DNA from: Octopus bimaculoides
Lineage: Eukaryota
DNA length: 64,000 nt
NCBI RefSeq assembly: GCF_001194135.2
Contig: NC_068981.1
Span: 50,745,126-50,809,125 of the forward strand
Direction: 5' to 3'
Shown: piece after piece, positions 26,546-39,869 of the stretch
Position numbering within the stretch: the stretch's first letter is position 1
How the letters are laid out: every line of letters begins with the position of its first letter
Notes under the pieces: model-generated
Told to the model about the DNA's origin: nothing
Seen by the model: the letters and a program-made list of their open reading frames with translations, nothing else
The model's database searches: none
Translations under genes and position numbers: made by a program

Positions 26546-28274
26546 AGTTATCGCCTAAAAAAGACTTTAAAGTTTATTCTAATAATGGGATGCTTTGTTG
26601 ATTTGTTGAAAAAAGATTCAAGTGACAATTGGATAAATATATATTTACCTTCTTCACCAAATTATTTATAATGCCGCCAAAATCTGAACGCATAGATGTG
26701 TGTGTGTATGTAAATATTCTTGAGTGTGTGCACGTGTGTGTGTGTGTGAGAGTGTGAACATTATTATGTTCAGAGAATCACTGATTAAATTATAGATTCT
26801 GGCAAACTCTATGGTCCATAGTTGAGGAATATAAATTTGGAAAAGCAAGTATCTTTAACATGATTGGAGACTTGAAAGATAAGGTGGCCAGATCGATCAG
26901 TTTCAGAAAAATACGCCAGTTCTAACGTAGCCTGTGGGAAACCAGTTTTCGCGTCTAATTCTTGTCATAGAGATCGGAACCAGAGTCTTTGAGAGCAAAT
27001 CTGCTTACGATCTTACAAAACAGCTTTCAGTCTACGACAAGAATAGGATCAAAGCCCTGAAGTCAATAACAGAGATAGCGGAGAAGTGTTCGAATTAGGT
27101 CTGAGCGAGGAGGAACAAAGACAACGGGCATACCGTTTCAAGGCAATATTTTGGTGTGCCATGGGAAGTGCCAAAGGAAGTTCCAAGGTAGAAGTGTGCC
27201 AAGGGAAGTAACTCTTTGAAACGCATTGTGATAGCGTTAACTTTTCATCGCTACCATGACAGCCAACGTTATTTCTTCTTTAAGTATAAGTTTTAAAACC
27301 GAGACAACGGAGGAGAGTTAAAACTAAATATCTCCAAGCGGTTTAACTGCACAAATCTCTGATATCCAAGTGGCTAAAATGTGTCATCGTAAGAAGTTAA
27401 GGGCCCAAAACCTACCTCTGGTGTGTTTCTTATCTGAAGACTTTCAGATGTTCAGCTCTATTGAGAGTTTCTTACCACTTTGGGAGAGAATTTGTTATGG
27501 AAAAGTAAAATCCAAGTTTACCTGACTGGGTAATAGATTTGAACTTGTTAACAAAATAACTATTGATATTGCACAAAGGTATAAAGACTATAAGAACAAT
27601 AGCGTCAATTTTGTTTAGATTAATTAATCTACAGCATAGATTTTTATTATAAGAGCATTAATATGAAAACCATGCACACATTCATCAAGTAACAAACAGA
27701 TGATTGTGTTGAGTAACTAATTTTGTAATGGCTTTCTATTACATTTAAACATCAGGTATATATCATTAATAACATGTACCTTAATAACACCTGCTACCTC
27801 TATAAAGTCGATGGTCTTTGCATTGTTAAAATGTATCTTTGATTCAAATGTTCATGTTTCTAATTTAAATATAAATTCGTTCCTTTAAAGTATCTTACAT
27901 CATGAGAATCGGTAAAACGTAAATGACAACGTTAGAATTATGAAAAATTAAAATAAACTTGGTTTTATTCCAGTATTTTGTTGTATTAAGTAATATTTTC
28001 ATGAGATTGGTTTAATTGCCTTGGAAGTGCGTTACGTGTGTGTTTGAACTTGTGTGTGTTTGTTTGGACTTAAACTATAAGCATCAAGAAGCAAGTAAAA
28101 CATATAGAAGCTTCCATAAGTATGTAAACAGTTACGTAATTCTGATAGACTCCGGTCTCTACCAACTATGCAGTTTTAAATCAATATATTTCAAACTATT
28201 CTTTATAGATACATTGGCTTTCAAACGCAATGTTATACGATCTATATGTGCATAATATATATATAAATATATAT

Positions 28275-28420
28275 GCTTGTGCGCGGGCGCTCGTATGCGT
28301 ACAGAAGCAATCGTGACTATATCTTAATAAGCTTGCTAGCCGCATAATCTGCGTTTAGTCCCACTACGTTGCAACTTGGATGAGTGTGTTCTACTCTAGC
28401 CTCAAGCCGACCAAATATCA
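28275..28420 (+). mobile_element. SINE 5' half (internal-microsatellite family); matching 3' half at ~28800-29010
   Basis: AAGCTTGCT...TTAGTCCCACTACGTTGCAACTTGG...TTCTACTCTAGCCTCAAGCCGACCAAA resembles 56075-56170. Confidence 0.6.
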
Positions 28421-28451
28421 TAGGAATGAGAACACAAGTTCGAAATTTACC

Positions 28452-28493
28452 CACCTGATGAAGGCTGGAGGGTATGTCAGCCGAAACGTTGTG
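28452..28493 (+). ncRNA. minimal type-I hammerhead ribozyme motif (Penelope-associated type)
   Basis: Stem I CAC(28452-54)/GTG(28491-93); core CTGATGA(55-61)+A; stem II GGCTG(63-67)/CAGCC(78-82); GAAA(83-86); palindromic AACGTT in place of stem III; GUU cleavage triplet. Confidence 0.7.
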
Positions 28494-28799
28494 TTAACAA
28501 ACAAGATGGGGACAAATAACGGCCAAATGTAAATAATATAAATAATATACATAATTCCCCATCTCTTATATATAGAACTGAAAACTAGTCTAGAATGGTG
28601 ATCTCGCTAGCTGTGGGTCGTTATTTCCTCTGTCGTGTATAAACATGTGCTTCCTGCAGTTATAAGTGCTTTTAGAGCCCTTATTTCTAGCAATGCAGTC
28701 TACGCTTCATCATCAGTCACAATTAGTGACAAATGAATTTTTCCTTCTTTGTTTTATATTGCGTATAGCCGATTTCGTTATTTTATATACATGTGAGTG

Positions 28800-29010
28800 C
28801 GTGTTTGTGTGAGTGTGTATGCTTGTCTTTGAGTGTGTTTGTCTGTCTCTGTTTGTCCCCCATCGCGGCTTGACAACTGATGCTGGTTTGATTCAAAACC
28901 TGCAACTTAGGTGTTCGGCCAAAGAGACCGAAAGAATTAGTACAAGGGTGAAACATATAAGTAGTGAAGTCGATTCATTCTACCGAAATTATGGAAGGCG
29001 GCGACGCAGC
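28800..29010 (+). mobile_element. SINE 3' half
   Basis: TGTTTGTCCCCC...CTTGACAACTGATGCTGG...TTCGGCCAAAGAGACCGAAAGAATTAGTAC as at 56300-56400. Confidence 0.7.
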
Positions 29011-29147
29011 ATGGCTGTATTCTAATGACTGTAACAACTGTAAATGTAAAGCTGTAAAGAGTAATATAAAAGTGTGTTTTTGTTAGTGTGTCTGTATGTG
29101 TGTCTGTGCGAGTGTGTGTTTGCGTGTATTCGACTGCGCATGTTTGT

Positions 29148-29200
<53 letters not shown>
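29148..29200. repeat. (GATA)n microsatellite
   Basis: Directly visible. Confidence 0.95.
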
Positions 29201-29202
<2 letters not shown>

Positions 29203-30222
29203 AGAGAGATGTTATATAATTAGCCTGTAAACAAGAACATTAATATGTCAAGTCAATCGTACAAAAGCGTTCATTCATATTGAACGGTTGTGTGCGATTC
29301 ACTTGACATTCAGTTGCATTCATCAATGAGTAAAAAACAATGAAAAAAGAATTTTTTGTAGCTGTCGGTTGCTTCCGATTGCTTTTGTGTTCAATAACGT
29401 CGAGACATTTTCGTCATTTATTATGTACTGCTTTCGTTTTGAAGTTAATCAACGTGAGTCTTCACATAGGATGACATGTTGAGATGAGATGCTATATTTT
29501 GTACACGACTGGAGTGAATTGGTAGGGTATGTAGATTAATTCTGTGAAGTACAAATGTTCAAAAATACTTATTGTAGATAAACCTGGAGCTTTTTCTCTA
29601 ATTGTGCAATCGCAATACTTGTGTTTTTTTTTTGTTTTTTTTTTCTTTATCCTTGCAATAGCTTTTGCAGTAATCCTGTTCTATTGATCTCCGGTGTTTC
29701 ACAAAGTATTTTCAGGAATTTCCATGCATTACTGACATGTGTTGTTAGAAGACAAGTTGGCACAGAATACAGTTTTTATCCCAGTTATTGTCCTTTCAGG
29801 GATAAGAATCTATAAAGTGGAAAATGCGTTACTTATTCTTTTTATGATGAAGGACACAGATTAGCTCCAACTGTGTTTCATATGATGCTATAGACACAAC
29901 TGAAACTGAAACAGACAATTCTTCTAAGCCGTTCATATTGAACAGCAGCTGTAATTGGTAGTCGCTCGTAAATTGCTTCCAAGTACAATGAAATACATTA
30001 CACTGTTTTACCACGTTGACATTGTATAGCCGACAGAAAGATGAACGTCGATAGTATATAATGTTGTTAGACATTAATGGCCGACAATTATAATGAATCT
30101 TGAAATATTATTCATATATTTACTATTTCTATTATTTACCATTAGGATTGCCTGGTTATATAGTTAAATAGTTATATACAAAAAATATCACAGGCATACA
30201 CGCAAGGAAACACACACACTGT

Positions 30223-30293
<71 letters not shown>

Positions 30294-30689
30294 CATGTTG
30301 AAAATGCACTGAGAATATTTTTTTAAATGTTATCATATTTGAAGATTTAACTGATTTACAAAAGTTGAGATAGAAAGACGAGGATTATGTCACAACTGTC
30401 TTGATTCTGACTAGTGTTTGAAGCTTGTCCTACTTTTATAGCTAGTACATGGCTCAAATTAGTATGTTTTGGATAGGAGTTGATTGGTAGAGGATAGTCA
30501 CATGACAGATCTTAGAAATTTTTGTAGGTTCCCGCTACGTCTGTACGTTAATATCAAGTGACAATGTTTGGCATCGCAAGTTAAGGTTGACACGGGAGAA
30601 TGAAAATGTCTAGTGAGAGTACCAAACAATCAATGCTCTAAATGTATTCCGTCAACTGTTATAGAAAATAATTGTGTGGTTAAGTTTAA

Positions 30690-31290
30690 AACAACTTATG
30701 GATATCAAAACTTAATCAACAGTATATACAATATACACGGCATATACAGTACAACTCAACTACCATTCCTGGACAAACTAATCATCGAAACATAAAAAAA
30801 AACATTCGAACAGACATTCACTACAAAGAGATTCTAATCAATACCTACTGTTCTATTTATGCCATCCCAAACATACGAAGAATAATATTCCATTTAATCT
30901 AGCAAGAACAATCTGCACAATTGTATCAATCTCTGAAATTCGCAATAAATATATCCAGCAATTGCAACAAAACAATACTACTTAAAAGACAATATCCACT
31001 AATGTTGATAGACAACTGAACGTACCAAAGAAAAGATATTCAACTACGAAAAACGCTCTAGATTCATCCAATAATCTACCCTTTATTGCAACACATAAAC
31101 ACAGAAGCTTACAAAATTATCCACCAGAACATTCCACAACTAGGACAGGACCAGGAATTAAATAAGCATTCGAAATACACAAAATAATCAAAAGCAAAAG
31201 ACTATCAAAAGTCCCTCAAAAAATCCCTCACCAGCGTTAAATTACTTTCCACAATATCAACACCAATAATCAAAAAGTGAGGCCGCCCCA
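30690..31290 (+). mobile_element. Penelope-like element fragment (RT C-terminal/thumb region)
   Basis: Frame-hopping translation LPFLD, TDIHYKE, CHPKHTKNNIPFNLARTICTIVS typical of Penelope RT thumb. Confidence 0.85.
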
Positions 31291-31372
<82 letters not shown>

Positions 31373-31559
31373 TGTGTGCATGTATAAGTAGCTAGAAATG
31401 CACTGGGATTTGCTTACATTTTTTATTTTTATACTTTTAAAGACTTGACCAGTTTCACAGATGTCTCTGATTTTCAAAAGTTGAGGTAGGATGACGCAGA
31501 GCTATGCTGCAATTATCTTGCTTATGATTGGAATTCAAAAATTGCCGTTTTTATCTTCT

Positions 31560-31860
31560 GGCACCCCATTTGTCTCTATGGCATGTGTTCCAGTGATCTG
31601 ATAAAGGGAACAGTCTGCTCGTTAAATTAACCCCACAGACACGTGTACCCTTTACTTAGTTCTTAGGGAGATACAGCTTGACACAGAGTGTGATTAAACT
31701 GGCCCTTTGAAATACATGTGTACTCATTTTTGACAGCTGAGTGGACTGGAGGAACAACAAATAAAGTGTCTTGCTCAAGAACACAAAGTGTCGACAGGAA
31801 TCGAATTCACGTCCTTGTGATCGTGAACCAAATACTATGAATACTAATCCACGCGCTCTT
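31560..31860 (-). mobile_element. degraded SINE
   Basis: Plus strand AAGTGTCTTGCTCAAGAACACAAAGTGTCGACAGGAATCGAATTCACG is the reverse complement of a SINE head/body. Confidence 0.65.
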
Positions 31861-31879
31861 TCTATAGAGAGAATTTAGA

Positions 31880-32790
31880 TAAATATTTACTATTCCTGGA
31901 CATTCTATTTATCAAAACAGGCAAAAACATTGAAACAGACATTTATTACCAACCAACACATTCTCATCTCTACTGTCATCCTCATCGCATCTCAAACACA
32001 CAAAGAGTAATATTCCTTCTAATATTTCAAGTAGAATCTTCACAACTGTTTCAAACGGAATAAAAGATTCCAGGAATTAAAACAAATACTAATCGAGGGA
32101 AAATATCCGTCTATATCCACAGTCAATGGAATAGATCGTGTCAAAGCAACAGATATTCAAGACGCATGTAAAACAAAGAGAAAAAAACACTTCAAATAAA
32201 CCCAATACTCTACCCTTTATTACAACACACAACCGAACAAATCGCAGACGTTTACATTATCCACCAAAACATTCTACGACTGAGACAAGACCCATGAATG
32301 AAATAAGCACTCGAAATACACAAAATAATTAAAAGCCCAAGACAATCAAAATCCTTCAGGAAAATACTGACCAGTGCTAAATTACTCTCCACAAACATCA
32401 CACCATAAGTCAAAAAGTGTGGCCACCCTAAGGGACTTGCATCAACCTCATTAAAGATAATAACTATAAATTTAAACCAGGATATATTTTTACCATAAGC
32501 CATCTTATTTGTGTGTCAAAAAATTTAATATATGCTATTAAATGTAACAAATTTAAAGTGGATTACATAGGCCAAGCGAAACTCTCGCTTAGAAACAGAC
32601 AACAAGTACAGGACCCCAGCACTACACATATACGATTACGTAGAAACTTCGTCATATGTGCCGGAAGAAGACTCCCAAATTCCAATTTTTATCACTTTTG
32701 TTCAGTCAATACCAGAGACCAAGGACGTATAAACAAAAAAAATATATTCATACAAAAATAGAAATCAAGACTGAATAAACTTCGTTTACT
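31880..32790 (+). mobile_element. Penelope-like element 3' part (RT thumb plus GIY-YIG endonuclease), decayed
   Basis: FLDILFIK, TDIYY, HTKSNIP, then SKNLIYAIKCNKFKVDYIGQ (GIY-YIG variant) and terminal IFIQK..RLN. Confidence 0.88.
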
Positions 32791-32879
32791 ATTTTGCATT
32801 ATCATTTCGTCTATGAATAGTTAATCTTTCGTACCTCTGCATCTCTTTCTACGGCCTTTTTGTTCGGGCGGTATTATAT

Positions 32880-34610
32880 CGTTCTCATCAAGAAATTTAT
32901 AGTTCTTTAGCAATTCCTCCTGACAGTAACTTCCACATTATTGGGAGGCAGAACATTGATCTGTAACTGTCGGCAGCATTTCCCTTTGATGCATCCATCA
33001 GGCACAACACCGTTCGTCCTTTTGTCAACCAACCCGGGATTTCTTCTCCATTGAGCATTACATTAAATTGCTCTGCGAGCAATTTATGGTAACTACTGAA
33101 CATTTTTATCCAAAATCCCTGCACACCATCAGGTCCTACTACTTTCCAATTGCTTATTTTTTATCTCATATTTGTGATAGTGTCTTCTGTGAAGTGAATT
33201 GCCTCTTGATGGAGATAAGAAGCTGTTTGTTTCAAGCTGCAGAACCATTCAGCTGTAGTATTATGTTGTTCTTGTTTACTCAATATCTTACCCCAGAAAA
33301 GCCGACTTTCATCAGCATCAGGGACTAATCATGCACGTATTTATCGTCATTACTTTTTGGTAAAATCTTTTTGAGTTGGTTTTAGACAATTTGCTTTGAT
33401 GGTATTGCTTACTCCGTTGTTCAAACCTAGTTAGCTTTTCTTTGTTTGCATGCATGTGCTGCTTCAGTTCTTCAATTATAGCATTCAGGCCGTTTGTATC
33501 TACACCATACTTCTACCTATCTTTTTCGAATTTCCATTCATTCTTAAGTTCTCGATTTCTTTTCCTGATAAGTATTGACACTACAATCTTCAAGGAGTTT
33601 ATATCTTCTATATTCTTTTTTGCCGCCTTGGTTGTTTATTTCCTATTCCATCCGTCGCTGTTCTATTCTCAGTAATTCTCAATCCCATCCTTCCCACCAC
33701 AGTCCTACTAGCAGCCTTGATAAGATTATTTGTTTGTGTGATATTCTTTGTTTCAATGTGTATCAGTACATTATTCATTTAACTCGTCTCTTGATTTAGT
33801 CTTCATTGGTTAGCCTTCTTAAAGTCGCACATCATTTCTATCCCTTCTGTATTTTATAGATCCAAAATTCCGTCTATTATTACCTGATCTTCATTGTTTG
33901 AGTAGTCACTGATCTCAATTCTTTCACAATTCACGGTATTATATTGTTGCGAACAATTGTCCATCTCTTCCACTATCCCACTTCCGTTTCTCGCATGCCA
34001 AGCCTCCCCCGATTTCCTTCTTTTAGTAGCTTCTATTTCCAAATCTGTTACCCATTCGTTCTTTCATATTGATCTGGCTTCGTCACATAATCTCTGTTCA
34101 GTAATTTTGCCTTCCATTCACTGTGCATTCATTTACTGTACCCTCTGACAGGCACATCATGCGCATCCACTGGGATGATCCGGTAGTAACACTCTATTTC
34201 CATCATGTTTACTTATTTAGTCCTCTTATGTCTACCAAAGTGCAGCACCTTCACCATTGGTTCCAGTCCTGTTCACAACGTTATCGTCATCAATATTGTT
34301 TGGCATTTTCACTCATAAATGAGGTGTGTTTTAGGTTACTGCCAACCGGTATTTTAATCGAGACCCCATCTCTATCAAGGTAGTCTGCCAAGGCGGCTGG
34401 GACTTTGCTCCCCTAGTTTTGAACTCAAAGTGTTCCTTCTCTTAGGCTGCTTGCTATCCTAGGTTATTTGAAGGCACCAGATACTCGCCTTTTTCCACTC
34501 TTCTCCTGTTGGATTGGCGAAGGAGTTGGGCATGCGCAGGTCACTGGGGCATTTTATAAATAAAGGGTGCTCAACTCCCCTCACCACTCCGGCATTGACA
34601 GAAGGGAACA
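32880..34610 (-). mobile_element. R4/Dong-like non-LTR retrotransposon, 5' portion through start of RT, decayed
   Basis: Minus translation GPDGVQGFWIK...IPGWLTKGRTVLCLMDASKGNAADSYRSMFCLPIMWKLLSG (start of RT); upstream IIEELKQ..ANKEKLTRFEQRSKQYHQ; 5' limit approximate. Confidence 0.85.
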
Positions 34611-35140
34611 AATAAATTAAAAAACATAAATTTAAAAGATAAATAAATATTTTTTTTAATATTTTTAAAAATAAATAAATAAAATATTGAAAAATAAAAT
34701 GAAATACATAAAATGAAAATAAAATAAAAAAAACAAAGCTAGTAGAAGATATATATAGAGAGAGAGGGGGACAGAAAAAAATAGATAAAAGGTAAAGAAA
34801 GGGAAGATATACTAGGTAGGGGAGGAAGCGATTTAACACAAGTTCAGTATAATACATTCAATTGACAGGGAGAGTAGGAGGACTGCTCAGGGATGGTTGT
34901 AAACACGGAAGTGAGGTAGTAGATATTGAACACCAGGGAAGATAGAAGAGTGAGTGGAAAGAGTGCATCACCGCCCACCTTGAAATTTAAGATTTAACCG
35001 AAAAAGGGAGAAGAAGCATTAATCTGAATCTAACGAAAAACTAACTCACTGCTTGAATTGGTCTGTCTAAGTGTGATTTCGGCTGAAGAATTTTACGATG
35101 TCAAGAAATGATCTGCAAAAGTTGTGAAGAAAGTGATAGA

Positions 35141-35142
<2 letters not shown>

Positions 35143-35216
<74 letters not shown>

Positions 35217-35354
35217 NNNNNNNNNNNNNNNNNNNNNNNNNNNNNNNNNNNNNNNNNNNNNNNNNNNNNNNNNNNNNNNNNNNNNNNNNNNNNNNNNNNN
35301 NNNNNNNNNNNNNNNNNNNNNNNNNNNNNNNNNNNNNNNNNNNNNNNNNNNNNN

Positions 35355-35392
<38 letters not shown>

Positions 35393-35400
35393 GAGAGAGA
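35143..35400. repeat. (GA)n microsatellite spanning an N gap
   Basis: Directly visible. Confidence 0.95.
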
Positions 35401-35944
35401 AAGTGGGGGTTAAATATATGTGCTTTCAACAATAGGTTCAGCATTGTAGCAGTGACGGTTTCAAATAGCTTTCACATGACTATGAATGAATAAAAGTGTA
35501 AGTGCTAGGATTTTATGCTTCAGGCAAGGAAGGAGATGCGTTTTAAGTTAATATGAATATAACGAGAAAATTAGCTCACTCTCTGAATTGGTCTGTTAAA
35601 GTAAAATGTAATCAATTTTCATTGTTTAATGGATGCTAATATATTACTATAAAACAAGTTCTACTTCCATATGAACAAGTATGTTAGAATATAGTATCAC
35701 TTCAGGCTATAGATGGCCAGCGAAATGTGTATGATAACTATATAGTCTGTACCAGTAGGAACACTTACTGCAAAGTGTTCCTTTTTATTCGATCTAATAA
35801 ATCATATTATGAGAATCATGAACTTTCAAATTAGAATTCAAAAGGTGAAAATAATGCCAATAAAACATTAAATTCGGAACGGTTTCGCGATTGAGGAAAC
35901 ATCTAAGAATACTGCAGACCACGACATATCATGTACAATAGGCA

Positions 35945-36837
35945 ACTACCTTTATGGGATCTTTTCCCTTTGAACGGCACATCGAGAAATTAATTTTTTG
36001 TAACTAAACACTTCCAAACTTCGGACACTGGTAGAATGTGTCATATAAAACATATTTTACTCTTAGTGCTGTTGAGAAAAGTTTATATGTTTAAAGTTAT
36101 TTCGTGTTAAAGTTGTATTTCGGTAATTTCAAGAAATCAATGACGTGTATTCAGCTAAATGAAATGACTGCCGTTGTTTGTCAACATATATCGGCGGTAT
36201 ATATCTCGTTCGTCACTGTTATTTATGACATCCGGGTTTTAGAGTTAGGGTTAGGGTTAGGGTTTTGGGCTCAGGGTTAGGGTTTGGGGCTCAGGGTTAG
36301 GGTTTTAGGGTTAGGGATAAGGTTTTAGAGTTAGGGTTAGGGTTTTAGGGTTACAGTTACGGAAAAATGTGAAAAATGTAGAAATTGGAGGGGGGGGGGG
36401 CAAAAATGTCTTTCCGAAAATAGTAGCGGAAAAACAGGAAAAAAATAAAAGCAGTAGAAATGCACAAATGATTGTGGTGGTGCCATGAAGTAAACATGCT
36501 TCAGCTACACTCGTTTATTCATACAAACGTAACTGAGATGAAATATGTCATAAATAACAGTGACAAACGAAATATACACAGCTGGAAGTTGTTGTTGACA
36601 GACAACAGCAGTAATTGTTTTTATTTCAATAGACGTCATTGATTGGTTGAAATTACCGAAATACGACAACTTTAACACGAAATAACTTCGAAAATACACA
36701 ATTTTCTCAAAAACGCCAAGAGTAAATGATGTTTTATGTGACACATTCTACCAGTATACGAATTTTGAAATTGTTTAGTTACAAGAAATTATTTTCTAAA
36801 TGTGCCGGCCAAAGGGAAAAGATCCCCGTTACTTCTA
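35945..36837. mobile_element. non-autonomous foldback/long-TIR DNA element with internal TTAGGG array
   Basis: Arms 35956-36230 and 36546-36827 are diverged reverse complements (GGGATCTTTTCCCTTTG / CAAAGGGAAAAGATCCC; CACTGTTATTTATGACA / TGTCATAAATAACAGTG); 8-bp direct repeat AATAGGCA at 35937-35944 and 36838-36845. Confidence 0.85.
36234..36360 (+). repeat. interstitial telomere-like (TTAGGG)n array with variant units
   Basis: 10 perfect TTAGGG hexamers interspersed with TCAGGG, TTAGAG and TTTT variants. Confidence 0.95.
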
Positions 36838-37805
36838 AATAGGCACAATGTTAGTTGAATATTTACCAAGACTTAAACTCGAAATCAAAACGCAGGTGTC
36901 TTTTAATCATACCATTGGCCCGAAAAATATGAAGGGATAATGCAACACTTGCAGAAATGTTTATAGGAGTGTTAGAGTGTTAGCTTGTACGTACATTGCA
37001 AATTCAAACGGGAGAATATTAGCTTTCAAAACTAGTAAATGACAAAGTTCTATAATAAAAAGAAACTACTGTGCCGTTTGCAACCTTTTGAAACACACGC
37101 AGTTTATGATGGAATTTTTTTTTTGTTTTCTAAAATGGCAAAATCAATATGATATCCCAGTTCTAAGTTACTCATCCTTACTGTATTCCTCTCTCACTGA
37201 CTAAACGACTCGACGCTATTGATCAAATAAGCTGTTTGCCAATAAAAAAAAAATCAGCTTAAGCACTGTCTTCAAGTCGGCATTTACTCTCTTTAGATAT
37301 AGAAAACAAATAGGAACCTTTGTTCTATATTGTATGAAGTAGTAGCTTCTCAACGGCTTACAGCCGCGATTAAAATATCAAGTGGAAATATTAGAAATAG
37401 AATTTCACAAGCACTTAGCTTCCTCAGAAGCCAAACGGTTTGACATGATGATTATTCTAATGACTTAAAGGCCAACCGTTTATGATGCTATATATACATA
37501 TATATATATATATATANNNNNNNNNNNNNNNNNNNNNNNNNNNNNNNNNNNNNNNNNNNNNNNNNNNNNNNNNNNNNNNNNNNNNNNNNNNNNNNNNNNN
37601 NNNNNNNNNNNNNNNNNNNNNNNNNNNNNNNNNNNNNNNNNNNNNNNNNNNNNNNNNNNNNNNNNNNNNNNNNNNNNNNNNNNNNNNNNNNNNNNNNNNN
37701 NNNNNNNNNNNNNNNNNNNNNNNNNNNNNNNNNNNNNNNNNNNNNNNNNNNNNNNNNNNNNNNNNNNNNNNNNNNNNNNNNNNNNNNNNNNNNNNNNNNN
37801 NNNNN

Positions 37806-37847
<42 letters not shown>

Positions 37848-38134
37848 TTTTGGAAATACCTTGATACAGTTATAATATTTGGAGAGATTTTTTTCTCAAA
37901 AAGTTAAGATTGAGAAACGAACCTTTTTAGAAAGTCGTAAGACAGTAACCTTTGGGAAGAGATTTCACAAAATGTTTGGGCTTTGCTTTTTATATATACA
38001 GTTTTTATATTCCTGAAATATTCCTTAATATTTTTCATTGGCTGAAGAATGTTCTATCTCTGCTTTTGATATAAACCAAGCTACCACAGCTACTAGAAGC
38101 ACCTCCGTGTCCCTGGTGTACAGTAGGTAATATA

Positions 38135-38285
38135 TTTATCATTTGTTCAAATTCCGCTGTGGATGACTTTGCCTTTCGTTCTTCTGGATTCGATGAATTA
38201 AGTACCAGTTGCGTACTGGTGGCGATCTAATCGACTGGCCACCTCCTCCAAAATGTTATGCCTTGTGCCTAGAATAGAAAAGAAT
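38135..38285 (+). mobile_element. SINE body/tail (second family)
   Basis: GTTCAAATTCCGCTGTGGATGACTTTGCCTTTC...GATGAATTAAGTACCAGTTGCGTACTGG...CTAATCGACT. Confidence 0.75.
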
Positions 38286-39472
38286 ATATTTATAATTTTT
38301 TAACAGGTCTATTATATATTGATATAATAGCTCTAATCTATGCGTTTATTTTTAATGATTATAATGATTAATGACATCAATAACAGACGTAGTGATATAA
38401 TAATGTTTGGGAAATTTTAACGACGAATTTGCATCTCTGATCATAAATACAATTCACTATTATATTACACTGATTTCCTTGACTACGTTCAATACTCATT
38501 AATAGTTGCTTTTATTTATTTATTTATTTATTTTTTAGTGACTCGTGACATCTTCCACGAAGAATGTCATATTTGTAGTTCGTTCAACGAACGTTTATGA
38601 CCCACAAATTGGATAATTCTCATATATAATAATTCGGAACTCTTAATGGCAAGATTCAGTTCCAGATGCGTATGTTAAGCTGCATTTATATTTACTCGGG
38701 TTTCTATATGTACAAGCATCTTGTGTTTGTTACAAAACAAACTCCGGTTCAGGACTACCTTTCGTGATGTACACTGCACTACAGTATATGAGAGACTAAC
38801 ATTATTGATACTGTTGCAATTCCTTTGCAAATATTCTATTTTACTCACTCGGTGAAATATTCTGAGACAGTTAATGTTATTTCGACTGTTATTAATAAGT
38901 GTAGTGTAGCAATTTCAAGAAGACTAAACATTTCATGGGAAAAAATGCAAGATTTTCTGATCGAAGTGGATATAATTTGAGTATATTACTACAGTCTTAA
39001 TATTAATTCCAGTGTAATCCTATCAGAGACTTTGATATTGAAAAAATGGATTTTATATTTTATCGTAATTTGTTTTGGAGAGAACCAAGGCCAAACAGAA
39101 ACAATCCCGTTATTGTGACTTCTAATGTAATTTGTGCATATAATATTTTTGCCTATTTCGTAATTTTATATTGGTTGTTTTATCTCATTGTTTAAGAGAT
39201 AAGAGTATATTTTCATGAAGTACATAAAACGAGACACTTTTTTTCATCACAAACTATGTAATGTTACAGAAAGTAAGGCTCAATAGTTTGGATGTGTAGC
39301 ATTTTTAACTTTCTCTTGTGTTGCCGCAGGTGACTCCTTAACGAGAATGTTTATGGTGGCAGTCATTCCAGTTTTAATATCACATTTGTGGATATTCAGC
39401 TGCTAATACTTACATGTGAAGCAAGCACGTTAAATAGAAAAATGTTTTGAGGGGTGAGGGGCATATCTCTTC

Positions 39473-39544
<72 letters not shown>

Positions 39545-39564
39545 TTATCTTTGTNNNNNNNNNN

Positions 39565-39612
<48 letters not shown>

Positions 39613-39627
39613 CTATCTATTTATCTT

Positions 39628-39663
<36 letters not shown>

Positions 39664-39664
39664 A

Positions 39665-39865
39665 AACTTACTTGCAAAGATGACGCGTGCGTTCGATCAT
39701 GTAATAATACAAATAAAATGTGAGTATATGCATATATACGTACATGTATGTGCATACCTACATATACATGTATATATAGATGCATATCTGGGTACAGGAC
39801 GTTGCAAAAAACGTGGAGAAAATGATAAACAGAGTACAGAAAACATACAGGCCACATAGAGGATG
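39665..39865. repeat. copy of Penelope-associated terminal-repeat-like family
   Basis: GAGTATATGCATATATACGTACA.GTATGTGCATACC...GCATATCTGGGTACAGGAC.TTGCAAA..GCCACATAGAG shared with 54131-54297; inverted homologue at 42600-42730. Confidence 0.75.
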
Positions 39866-39869
39866 GTGG

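Noticed and set aside
36234-36360. True telomere or chromosome fusion site
   Set aside because: Short, single orientation, degenerate and enclosed by inverted arms in mid-sequence
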